Positions 47,813 to 56,990 of a DNA stretch of 64,000 nt are shown piece after piece. How positions within the stretch are numbered: position 1 is the first letter of the stretch; each line of letters begins with the position of its first letter. Source of the DNA: Candidatus Spongiihabitans sp. (GTDB lineage: Bacteria; Pseudomonadota; Gammaproteobacteria; Arenicellales; Poriferihabitantaceae); contig OZ242212.1 of the NCBI GenBank assembly GCA_965206355.1, forward strand, positions 1,310,814 through 1,374,813, read 5' to 3'. The position numbers and the translations under genes are program-made. The notes beneath the pieces are model-generated. The model did no database searches, had not been told where the DNA came from, and worked only from the letters and a program-made list of their open reading frames with translations.

Positions 47813-50236
47813 ATGACTCCTCAATCCACTCGCGACATGCGCAAACACGGCAGTGACGCCGGCATTGTGCAGTTGCCAAAAATTGCGCCTCATCTGCATA
47901 TCGATATTGTTGAGATCGACCCCTCTGGCGCCGGCCCTGATAAGTCAATGTTGATAACCTCGGAATACGATAAGAACTATTACCAGATTTATCCGATAGC
48001 AGAATTAGGCGAAATGCTTTTGGCCGCGATTGATGGCGATGCAAGTGCAACGCAGCTGATTCAAAGAATCACCTCCTCGTCACGCTATAGCCATCTGGAG
48101 GTTGCCGCTATGCTGTCGCTGCTTTCCAACGCCGACATCATCATTTCGGGGCGATACGACATGCCTGACGGACAAGCTGCGTTGTGGCTAAATATGGGAT
48201 TTACCCCTGCCCTTGTGGAAAACACAACGAGTCGGTTGCGGGTTGCGATTGTCGATAAGGCGGAGTCTCCCGCCTACCAACAAGAGTTGGGAACGATGCT
48301 GCGCAGTCTTGGCGTGAACACGAGCGATGGAGATGTCTTGGACAGCGATTTGACAGTCGTGGTGGTTGATGATTATTTGCATAAATCGTTGAATAAAATA
48401 AATCGAGATTATCTGAAAAAAAAGATCCGATGGTTGCCGGTTAAATTAAGCGGTAATGTTCATTGGGCCGGCCCCGTATTCAATCAGCCGAACCGCGTTA
48501 AAACTGATTCCGAACTTGTTTTGGAAAAACCGTACATGGCGAAAGATTTCTGCTGGTATTGCCTGGCGGAGCGAATAGAAAACGGTCGTCAAATAGAGCA
48601 GGCGAAATATCGACAAACCGACCTCAAGCCCCGCCCTGCTTCGAAAATGTATACTCCGGCCCTGCAAGCGAGCGCCTACAACATCACGCTGGAGATAATC
48701 AAATACCTGTTGCACGCTGATCAAGAAACAGAATTCGATGTTCACCCATTCTGCTCATCATCGTGGGTGTGGGATCAGATAAGTAATCGATCCGACTGGC
48801 ACATTGTCAATAAAAATCCCGCCTGCGTGGTTTGCGAGCAACCATCAACCGACGACATTGATCCGATACATCTCGATGATGTTGAGATCGGAGAGCGTTA
48901 TGTAAGCAGTGGCTGGCGCATCGTGCCTATCGAACAAACTTTTGAGAACTATCGCCACCTCAACAATGCCTATACGGGTGTTATCGACCTGTTTGAGGAT
49001 ATTCAAAACCCAGTCGATGATTTCTGCTTTGTCTCTGAATCAAGCAATAACATCTCGACAAAAAGCAACGCCATATTCTTTCCCTTGATGAGCGTCAGGA
49101 TGCGCAATGCGGGGAAAGGAATCACACCTGCTTCGGCACGCACCGGCGCCTTGTGCGAATCCATCGAGCGCTATAGCACCAGCTTGCACGGCGCTGAAAT
49201 CCGTAGACGCGCCCGCTATCAAGATTTTCCCGCAGGGCAAGCATTGATGCCAAACTGCTTTATGAATTTCAGCGATAAACAATTTGTGCAGAATCAGCAG
49301 GGCAACCAAGATGCCAGTGGCAATCCATTTGTCAACATTCCTGCCCGACTAACTGAATATGAATACTGCGAGTGGTCGCCTGTTTGGTCTTTTACGCAAC
49401 AACAAACCATCTGGACGCCGACCCAATCGCTGTATTTCGGCTATCCATATAAAAATCGCTGGATCGCCATTCCGGATACCAACGGAGTCGCCGCTGGCAA
49501 CACCCGAACAGAGGCATTTGTACAGGCATTTCTAGAGGTTCTGGAGCGCGATGCCGTCAGTATTTGGTGGTATAACCAACTGCAATGTAGAGAACTTGAT
49601 CTGGATTCGATTGATATTCCCTTCATCCGCCGGGTTGTCGATCAATACGAAAAGAAAAATAGGCGCTGTTGGGTATTGGATATCACCTTTGATCTGGGGG
49701 TTAATATTTTTGTGTTCCTGAGCCGTAAAAATTCTTCCGCCACCAAGGGCGAAGAAATTTGTCTGGGGTGCGCCGCTCATTTTGATCCGGAGATCGCCCT
49801 GACCCGAGCCATATGCGAACACAGCCAACTCTGGACAATGATTGAAAATCGGCGCGAAAAAACCTTTTTTAAGAAGTTATCGCCAGCCTTCTCAGCTTGG
49901 CTACAAAATGCCACAACTATGGCGAAATCACTCAAGTATTTGTTGCCTGCGGGTAAAAAGCAGTGGTGTGATTATCCGTTGAATTTAGAATTTAACCTGC
50001 TACAACAACGCCAGGCTTGCCTGAAGATGGTGGAAGAAAATGGCTGGCAACTGTACCTGGCCGACTTCACCCGCCCCAGCATAGGGTTGTCGGTCATTCG
50101 GGTGATGATTCCTGAGTTGCGTAGTATGCACCGGAGGCTTGGTCCTGGCAGGCTATATGATGTTCCGGTAGAAATGGGGCTGCTCAAGTGCGCAAAAATC
50201 GAAGAGGAAATGAACGAGATTGATATTTTTATTTGA
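47813..50236 (+). CDS. fused E1-like/RRE plus YcaO heterocyclase (PatD/TruD-like), copy 2
   Basis: Same architecture as copy 1: LPKIAPHLHIDIVEI, IDGDASATQLIQRI, FCWYCL ... PACVVCE, NAGKGITPASARTGALCESIERYS, EVLERDAVSIWWYN, PGRLYDVPVEMG. It starts 21 nt after copy 1 ends. Confidence 0.85.
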   Translation: MTPQSTRDMRKHGSDAGIVQLPKIAPHLHIDIVEIDPSGAGPDKSMLITSEYDKNYYQIYPIAELGEMLLAAIDGDASATQLIQRITSSSRYSHLEVAAMLSLLSNADIIISGRYDMPDGQAALWLNMGFTPALVENTTSRLRVAIVDKAESPAYQQELGTMLRSLGVNTSDGDVLDSDLTVVVVDDYLHKSLNKINRDYLKKKIRWLPVKLSGNVHWAGPVFNQPNRVKTDSELVLEKPYMAKDFCWYCLAERIENGRQIEQAKYRQTDLKPRPASKMYTPALQASAYNITLEIIKYLLHADQETEFDVHPFCSSSWVWDQISNRSDWHIVNKNPACVVCEQPSTDDIDPIHLDDVEIGERYVSSGWRIVPIEQTFENYRHLNNAYTGVIDLFEDIQNPVDDFCFVSESSNNISTKSNAIFFPLMSVRMRNAGKGITPASARTGALCESIERYSTSLHGAEIRRRARYQDFPAGQALMPNCFMNFSDKQFVQNQQGNQDASGNPFVNIPARLTEYEYCEWSPVWSFTQQQTIWTPTQSLYFGYPYKNRWIAIPDTNGVAAGNTRTEAFVQAFLEVLERDAVSIWWYNQLQCRELDLDSIDIPFIRRVVDQYEKKNRRCWVLDITFDLGVNIFVFLSRKNSSATKGEEICLGCAAHFDPEIALTRAICEHSQLWTMIENRREKTFFKKLSPAFSAWLQNATTMAKSLKYLLPAGKKQWCDYPLNLEFNLLQQRQACLKMVEENGWQLYLADFTRPSIGLSVIRVMIPELRSMHRRLGPGRLYDVPVEMGLLKCAKIEEEMNEIDIFI

Positions 50237-50290
50237 TGCGGTGAAATCCAACGGCCACGATTTTTTCGACCGCACATGGATTGCCGGAAA

Positions 50291-50968
50291 TTATGAATAC
50301 CAGCGAACGAACTCTTGGTTATTCTCACGAACACGCTCCAGATCAGCGTCATCGCTGACATCACCCGGGTAGCCCAGCGACATTCCGCAAAGTAACTTCA
50401 TATCGTCTTCAATGCCTAAAATATACTTGGCAATTTTCGGGTAGTTTCCCCAAGACGCCTGCGAACAGGTTGCGAGGCCGTATTCCTGGGCCGCCAGCAT
50501 GATATTTTGCATAAACATGCCAATATCCAGCAAGGAGCCCTGGGCGAGTCCGCTTTCGATAAAAAACAACAATCCGACATCAGCCCCGAAAAAATAATAG
50601 TTCTGCTTTTGAAGGGCGATAACCGCCGGCCAGTCAATATACTCTTGAGTAAATTGAATCCCTTTGGCTTGATAAAGCCGAGTCCCCATCAAATGCCGGC
50701 GCAGATTATATTTCAGTGGCATTGATTCAGGATAATAGGCGATCTCCGGACTGGGTTTCTGCTGTGCCTCCGAGGCTTTAATGTAAGCATCGGTAAGTTT
50801 TTTCTTGGTCTCCCCCTGAACAACCGCAACCTGCCAGGGCTGCATATTGCCCCCGGTAGGCGCTTCTTTGGCAATGCCTATAATTTTATCAACCACATCA
50901 ACAAGAACAGGTTTGTCCGTGAAGGATCGTATGGATTTACGCTTAACAATCGCATCGATCGTATTCAT
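50291..50968 (-). CDS. nitroreductase-family FMN oxidoreductase
   Basis: 225 aa. Classical N terminus (AIVKRKSIRSFTDKPV) and nitroreductase-fold length. Confidence 0.8.
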   Translation of the reverse strand: MNTIDAIVKRKSIRSFTDKPVLVDVVDKIIGIAKEAPTGGNMQPWQVAVVQGETKKKLTDAYIKASEAQQKPSPEIAYYPESMPLKYNLRRHLMGTRLYQAKGIQFTQEYIDWPAVIALQKQNYYFFGADVGLLFFIESGLAQGSLLDIGMFMQNIMLAAQEYGLATCSQASWGNYPKIAKYILGIEDDMKLLCGMSLGYPGDVSDDADLERVRENNQEFVRWYS

Positions 50969-50986
50969 GGCTGAAAAAACGAGAAG

Positions 50987-52021
50987 TTAGAGACCGCTGG
51001 CGCTAAGACGAAACAACGCCTTTTTGTAATTTTGTTGCACTTCGGGGTTAAGGAACGCATTTTCACTGAGAGCAAGCATATAGCGCTCAGGATAACGATA
51101 AGGGATTTCGTCTGGGGAATCTCCTCTGATAATTCGCACTGCCAGTTTCAGCGCCCCGGCACCTTGTTCATATGGAGATACACCAACTGAGAGCAAAATG
51201 CCGTCTTCCGAATTGAAGACATTCATTCCAATCACCGCCGCATTGCTATTGACCTGAGTCCAGGCACCGACTTCTTCAGAATCAACACGGCTACCGTTCT
51301 CATCCAACAGCTGACGGTATCCGGAAACCAGAATATAGTCGTAGTCACCAGAATTTTCCAGGATAAATTTTTGCCACTGAGCGTAATCAGCCACGAACTC
51401 TCCCCCACGATAATCGATGTTTCCCCAGTCCTGCGCGGCTAGAAAATCAGAATTTTTGTGACTCGAGGTGGAAGTATCCGCCAAAAATAACACGGATACG
51501 GGCGCCTCAATTTCTTGCAGTCTGTTCAATTCGGCAATAACCAGCTTCAAGGATGTCAGTGGTTTGTGTTCAAAAATGCCTGTTATGTTATCGGCCCCTG
51601 AATACCCATATTTTTCAACCGAGGAATTTACCCCGGAAAATACAACATCGATATCTGGGTGGTTCAGATAATGTTTGGAAATGATGTTTTGAGCGGAATC
51701 ATCCACAGCGATAATGACCTGCGGATCAAATGCTTCCACATATGTAACAAAGTCTTGTTCGACTCGTTGTTTGTTTTTTGGGTAATCCAAATTACGCGTA
51801 TTCATATAAAAATAACGTATTTTTACATTATATTTCAATTGTTTGAAAGCAGACAGCAAACTTTGATCGATCAGATTTGTCCACACATAATCTTTTCCAT
51901 AACTGTGCAATACCATAATACGCGGAGTTTCACTGACTATGCTGACATACAAAGATCCCAGTAACATGCCGCACACAACCAGCGTTGCTACATATGTTTT
52001 TTTAATTACCATAAAGCCCAC
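50987..52021 (-). CDS. membrane-anchored periplasmic protein resembling the ABC_sub_bind (COG2984) substrate-binding fold
   Basis: One N-terminal TM helix (YVATLVVCGMLLGSLYVSIV), then RIMVLHSYGKDYVWT...DVVFSGVNSS...NITGIFEH, as in the periplasmic domains of uncharacterised ABC SBPs and sensor proteins. No partner permease or ATPase is adjacent. Confidence 0.45.
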   Translation of the reverse strand: MGFMVIKKTYVATLVVCGMLLGSLYVSIVSETPRIMVLHSYGKDYVWTNLIDQSLLSAFKQLKYNVKIRYFYMNTRNLDYPKNKQRVEQDFVTYVEAFDPQVIIAVDDSAQNIISKHYLNHPDIDVVFSGVNSSVEKYGYSGADNITGIFEHKPLTSLKLVIAELNRLQEIEAPVSVLFLADTSTSSHKNSDFLAAQDWGNIDYRGGEFVADYAQWQKFILENSGDYDYILVSGYRQLLDENGSRVDSEEVGAWTQVNSNAAVIGMNVFNSEDGILLSVGVSPYEQGAGALKLAVRIIRGDSPDEIPYRYPERYMLALSENAFLNPEVQQNYKKALFRLSASGL

Positions 52022-52188
52022 CTCTTTATTTGAACTGCATCATTGGCATCCATAGTTGGTACTGCTGATACTGTTAGTAAATTTCAAGGAATGTCCCCCG
52101 CATTGTTGCAATGCTAAACGAATTCAATTTTCTGTGCAATCGGCCTGGAATTTTAACGCCAACGCCTGACTGGCGCCGTCATTCCGCT

Positions 52189-55100
52189 TCATGCCATATC
52201 GGCTGAGGGGATCAAGGGCGCACGAAACGGATTCAGGTTTTTACGCGCGTGAACACTCAACAACAACAGCCCCATATCCGCCTGTCCATGAATGGCGCCC
52301 ACCCGAAAATTATCGTCCGCCCAGCAATCGGGAAACCAGCACTGACTGCTACGCTTGCGCTGAACAATCTCATTGACTAAGTTATCCACGGCCTCCCGAG
52401 GAGAATTAACGCCTGGTACGGCCAATAACTGGTAAAGATGATCCATCAGAAATTCTCCAGACTTGGTCAACAACTGTTTGGCCGTGTATTCATGCGCCTG
52501 CTGTTCCGGCATTCCCCCGGTATGATGTTCGCCGGAAGCATTGCGCGCCTTCTCTTCCTGCAAATCCGCTATAAAATTCCGTAGTTTCAAGTAGCCCGGA
52601 TGCTCCACGAATAACGGCCAGTTGTCTTGCATGTATTGGTTGACCAGGTACATGCCAGAAGTGGCATTCGGCAGAAACGCATTCGCATATTTGCGATAGG
52701 TGTCGGTTTGTTCCGGACTTGCCTGCAAGGATTTGGTCTCGATCAATTCCAGTATTTGTTCAATCCATGGAGTCAATATTTCGTTGTTAAAAAGCAATTC
52801 CAACTCAGTAAAACGGTATAAAAGGCCACTGATGCCATGCCGATAATCCACAAAAAGGCTATCCGTATCGCGCATCTCTTTCAGCAAATCTACCGTCAGA
52901 TGTTCTACATTTGCAGTCAGGTTGTTATTCATTGCTGGTTTAACCCGCGCCAGACTGCACAACGCGGCCAGCTTTGATCCGTGCAAACTGATTACGCCAT
53001 ATGTTTTGGCTGTTTCATATTCAAACCCTTCAATAGCGTCTCCAGTCATGTATTCATAGCACTTGCGCAACGCCTTGATGTTGTCGTTTTTTGGGGCGGC
53101 ATATTGCTGTAGCGTTGCGAGGAAAACAATAATGCCACTGCAACCGTCAAAATTCAGTAGCAAACGTTGCGGGATGCGGATGTTGTTTAACTGTAGTCTG
53201 CCGATGGCGAGGTAATCCTTCAAATTTTCTGTTTGATTGATATTGGATGCCAGTTGGTTGCCTATTTCCTGAGCCAGGGCCACGAACTCTCCATCCGTTA
53301 CCGACTGTGATGCGTTGCTTACATCGTTGCTCCGCCGCCACGGGCGCCGGGGGTTGTCGGGTCGCGTCGAAAACAATGCTTTGATGTAGCTTATCTGGCG
53401 ATCAGTCTCATTCAGCGAGTAAGCGTAATTTCGGGCTATCTTGGAAAGCGTGGTTTTTTTGAAAAAATTTTCTTCGGTGGCAACATTCGCAGTATTGAAA
53501 AGCAGCAGGCTGTTGGTTTGTAATTCAAACAACGGGACATCATTGTTCCATATATCATTTCTTATGCCGTCGATAATGGTGATCGGAAAGCCTTTAAATA
53601 TCGAGAAAAACCTGTCCAGCGCAATACTTGCGCGTACGCCGTCATTCCCGCAATCACCGAAAAACCTGGCTATCAGCGAATAGCATTGCCAGGTATCGAC
53701 GACGATATGACGAAAACGAGCTTGGTCGATACGTTGATAGAACTGCTGTAGTGCTTCACGCCCAATATCCGATTCCAACAACTTTCCCATGCGCCTGTAG
53801 CCATCGATAAAAATTTCCAGAAAGTCGTTCATGTCCTGGAACTCACCTTGATAAAAAGGCGCATAATCGCTGGCCTCGAAATCGTCATATAAATTATCTT
53901 TTTTCGAAAACGGAACCTGTTGCTTTCCCGGAGGTGTTGTTACGCTGATATCAATCCCATCCGCCAACTTAAAGCTCACCGACCCCGGCATGAGCAGTGG
54001 CAACATGCCCACCATCTGCATTTTTCTAAATTGCACGACGTGTTCATCTTGCTCGTCGGTGTTCCAGAGATCTTCGAAACTGTTGCCGACAATTGTTTCA
54101 TAATCAATAAAATAGGGCATGTCGGCACAAGCGATTAGGTTGTCATACCAGAAATCATTGCCATTCAATAACTGTAGCACAAACAACCATCCCCCCAAGC
54201 GCCGGTAAAAAGTCTCCACTTCCGACAGCTGACCGCACGCTTGCCAGCGAACCCGTTGCTCCCAGCCATACCCCTGGCAATACATAAACGCGGGCGTCAA
54301 CGGCACAAACTCACTGTGCGATGGATGCAGGTCTTGCAGTAATAATCCGATTGCCCAAGTGCCTATCAGGTTTTTTGGCTTGTAGACAACATCGCCGCGG
54401 CTGGTCTCGAAAATAGCCACTGAACGCCCGCCGCGGTGCGGGTCCCCCAAACCGCAGCGTAGCCGTGAAACGACAATACCGTCATCGGTTTGCGCTTGCG
54501 GGCGCAACATCTGAACTGTGAGTTGAGATAGGTCAGCGGTAAATCTGTGCAGCATTTCCTCCGTGGCTATCTGCCAGCGAAACACCAGATTGCCAATAAT
54601 TTTGACCAGAATCGGTTGGCGTTCAAAAGCCGCTTGCCAAAACCCCAATGTTTCAAATAATTGTTGTCGATAATCGTCTTCGCCCTCGGGAAAACTGCCG
54701 GGATACGCATTCAATACGCCAAACAGTGGCGGCGCAAGCCGCGACATAAGGTTTTCAAGCAAATCGTTCACGCTGGCTTCGGTCAGCTGAATCCCGGCTG
54801 ATGCCAACTGATGTTGTTGAGCGTTGAGCCACGGGCGACACAATTCCGCCCAGGCGACAGCCAGCGTCAAGTGGGGTTTTTTTTCAGCGTACTCCGGTTT
54901 AATTCTTTCATCGTGTTGCCGCCAACGTTCATATAAATCAATGAATGTTTTTGCCCAGTCGGGCAAATACTCCGGGGCGGATACATCCACATCGCGCATG
55001 GATTGATACCACTGCTGTTGATCCAGCCCACGGCGTCGTAAAATTTCCCCCCCCTCCGGCGCGGGTCGGAACAAGGCGCTCCAACTATCGCATCGGTTTT

Positions 55101-55230
55101 GTAAAACAACCGCATCTTGCTCGGCGCTGAATGTAAATGCCCCGGACTTGATGCGTTCCTCGGGGAAACTTGCCCGGGCAATCCATTGATACAGGCGCGA
55201 TGCGTCCTGTCGGCTCGCGCTACTTGTCAT
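52189..55230 (-). CDS. LanM-like (class II lanthipeptide synthetase-like) protein: DUF4135-type dehydratase domain plus a degenerate LanC-like domain
   Basis: 1013 aa. N-terminal domain motifs GDPHRGGRSV, VVYKPKNL, GYGWEQ, FYRRLGGWL and NDFWYDNLIACADMPYFIDYE. The C-terminal alpha-toroid-like repeats (NFDGCSGIIVFL, DYRHGISGLLYRF, AIHGQADMGLLLL) lack recognisable WCxG / CHG zinc-ligand motifs. Confidence 0.75.
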   Translation of the reverse strand: MTSSASRQDASRLYQWIARASFPEERIKSGAFTFSAEQDAVVLQNRCDSWSALFRPAPEGGEILRRRGLDQQQWYQSMRDVDVSAPEYLPDWAKTFIDLYERWRQHDERIKPEYAEKKPHLTLAVAWAELCRPWLNAQQHQLASAGIQLTEASVNDLLENLMSRLAPPLFGVLNAYPGSFPEGEDDYRQQLFETLGFWQAAFERQPILVKIIGNLVFRWQIATEEMLHRFTADLSQLTVQMLRPQAQTDDGIVVSRLRCGLGDPHRGGRSVAIFETSRGDVVYKPKNLIGTWAIGLLLQDLHPSHSEFVPLTPAFMYCQGYGWEQRVRWQACGQLSEVETFYRRLGGWLFVLQLLNGNDFWYDNLIACADMPYFIDYETIVGNSFEDLWNTDEQDEHVVQFRKMQMVGMLPLLMPGSVSFKLADGIDISVTTPPGKQQVPFSKKDNLYDDFEASDYAPFYQGEFQDMNDFLEIFIDGYRRMGKLLESDIGREALQQFYQRIDQARFRHIVVDTWQCYSLIARFFGDCGNDGVRASIALDRFFSIFKGFPITIIDGIRNDIWNNDVPLFELQTNSLLLFNTANVATEENFFKKTTLSKIARNYAYSLNETDRQISYIKALFSTRPDNPRRPWRRSNDVSNASQSVTDGEFVALAQEIGNQLASNINQTENLKDYLAIGRLQLNNIRIPQRLLLNFDGCSGIIVFLATLQQYAAPKNDNIKALRKCYEYMTGDAIEGFEYETAKTYGVISLHGSKLAALCSLARVKPAMNNNLTANVEHLTVDLLKEMRDTDSLFVDYRHGISGLLYRFTELELLFNNEILTPWIEQILELIETKSLQASPEQTDTYRKYANAFLPNATSGMYLVNQYMQDNWPLFVEHPGYLKLRNFIADLQEEKARNASGEHHTGGMPEQQAHEYTAKQLLTKSGEFLMDHLYQLLAVPGVNSPREAVDNLVNEIVQRKRSSQCWFPDCWADDNFRVGAIHGQADMGLLLLSVHARKNLNPFRAPLIPSADMA

Positions 55231-55240
55231 TAATAATTAT

Positions 55241-56821
55241 TTACAATGCTGTGGGCGATAATGCAGCGCCATGAATAGCCGCGCTGGCCGGTAAGTCGAT
55301 ATCGTCAAAATTGAAATTTTCTGGCCGGCTACCCAACATAAACTCGCCGATGTTGCATTCTATATGAGGGGCGTTGCCAGTTGCTTGACAGAATAGTTCG
55401 GTATTGCCTGACCCCAACCCGCAGCCTGCCAGCCCCATCGCCGTGGCATTCAAATAAAATGTCTGGTAGACAACGCCGGTATTTCGCAACATCGTGCTGT
55501 ATGCGATATTGTGGTATTTCCAACTGACTCTTTGAAAACGAGACGCGATATGTACGACTGTTTGCGGCCGGACGATTTGAGCACAACTCACAAATGCCGA
55601 TTGTATCAGCCCCTCCGTGTAGTCATTCTTGTCGCTCAATTTGACCAGCTCATGGGTTGACGGCGAGTAATAATAGATACCAGGGTTGATGCCATGCGCC
55701 CGATCCACAGTGAGATAAAATTCCAATTCATAACTGGCCCCTCCAGTTGGATAGGGGCGCCAGGCCAAACCCATGTCAGTCTGCTGGTCGGGATTCTTCG
55801 CGCTGGCCACGCGCGTGTCGCATTCATAGAGAAGGCGCCCAGTGCGGAAAAAGAATTCACCCAACTGTTTCAAAGAAACGGGCGATTCTTCGTTGTAGGC
55901 GCGAAGACTGGCGCGTTGGATAACCAGACTGGTTAAACTTTTATCATTTGCCGCCAGGTACTGTAATTCGGGCTTGTATAGCGCGATTCGTTCGCCGTCC
56001 GGCACTGGCTTGACCGCGGGCTGTGGGTCAATCAAATTAACAAAAGGAAAGGCGCCGCCAAAATTAAAACCGTAGTTGTAGCTGAGTCGGCTGTTCGCAT
56101 GGGTTAGCAAATCATGGAAATCCCATTGCTGAATGGCGTTGTCGCCCTCCTCCAGCCGAGTTGGCAGGTGAGTCGAATTCTTGTTCACCGAAATAACGAA
56201 TTGTTCGTGATACAGTACATTGACCAGACAGCGAAAACCTTCAAACAAATCATTATCGTTGCCACAGGCAGATTGAATTTGCTGCAAATCCGTTCCAAAA
56301 GCCAACTCGAACAAGAGTTTTTGCACGGCTTTTTCCCGGATGACAAAGCGCTTGTCTCTGAGTGGCATCGACAACAACAACTGGTCATCATCCCGATGCA
56401 GATAACAAAAACGCGAGATCGTGATTTTTCCGTTTTCCGGTAGATTGTTCGGCTTCGACATATCCGGCAACAACTTACCAACATTGCAATACTCAATTTC
56501 CGCCAGCAATCTATTGCGCGGACACGCCACGCCAATCACGATTAGATTTTTTACGATAAAATCCGCGGTCTGCAACAGGCCGAAATGACAATCGTTTTCG
56601 GTATCCAACTGCTGACGCACGGCGCTAACGGGCACTTGGCGGCGCTGCTGCGCCAACCAGCTCAGCGCTTTATTCAGGGATTTTGCGACCGGTATTTTGT
56701 TGTGAAAGTCGCCACGTTTGATTTCAACTTCATTGGCATCGGGGCAGGATGTGATTTGACAGTGACTGTCCAGTCTGGCGGTTGCCAGCGGCTGTTTCAT
56801 TAAATCCGTGATAAATGTCAT
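55241..56821 (-). CDS. SagB/ThcOx-type FMN-dependent dehydrogenase (azoline oxidase family) with a long N-terminal extension
   Basis: C-terminal half WRPYPTGGASYELEFYLTVDRAHGINPGIYYYSPSTHELVKL plus a nitroreductase-fold tail. About 250 N-terminal residues have unknown function. Confidence 0.8.
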   Translation of the reverse strand: MTFITDLMKQPLATARLDSHCQITSCPDANEVEIKRGDFHNKIPVAKSLNKALSWLAQQRRQVPVSAVRQQLDTENDCHFGLLQTADFIVKNLIVIGVACPRNRLLAEIEYCNVGKLLPDMSKPNNLPENGKITISRFCYLHRDDDQLLLSMPLRDKRFVIREKAVQKLLFELAFGTDLQQIQSACGNDNDLFEGFRCLVNVLYHEQFVISVNKNSTHLPTRLEEGDNAIQQWDFHDLLTHANSRLSYNYGFNFGGAFPFVNLIDPQPAVKPVPDGERIALYKPELQYLAANDKSLTSLVIQRASLRAYNEESPVSLKQLGEFFFRTGRLLYECDTRVASAKNPDQQTDMGLAWRPYPTGGASYELEFYLTVDRAHGINPGIYYYSPSTHELVKLSDKNDYTEGLIQSAFVSCAQIVRPQTVVHIASRFQRVSWKYHNIAYSTMLRNTGVVYQTFYLNATAMGLAGCGLGSGNTELFCQATGNAPHIECNIGEFMLGSRPENFNFDDIDLPASAAIHGAALSPTAL

Positions 56822-56885
56822 TCTAATTCTTCAACGTCCTTAGCCATATCCCCGCAGGATGGTGAATTGCCCAGATTGTACGGGG

Positions 56886-56921
56886 GCCGACAGCAACACC
56901 GCCCGACCTCAAGTCGGGCGG
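56886..56921 (-). terminator. GC-rich hairpin (9-bp stem) downstream of the precursor genes; candidate leaky terminator/attenuator
   Basis: Minus strand: CCGCCCGAC-TTGAG-GTCGGGCGG followed by TGTTGCTGT (an interrupted U-tract). It sits between precursor A (stop 56991) and the SagB-type gene (start 56821). Confidence 0.45.
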
Positions 56922-56990
56922 CTTTGACTGCGAAGATATTTTCCTGCAACCATCATGCAACCATCATGGTTGGGCCGACGGCATAATGAT

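Noticed and set aside
50237-50290. Bidirectional terminator between the convergent YcaO-2 and nitroreductase genes
   Set aside because: Only a 6-bp stem (TGCGGT/ACCGCA) with a ~25-nt loop is available, which is too weak to call.
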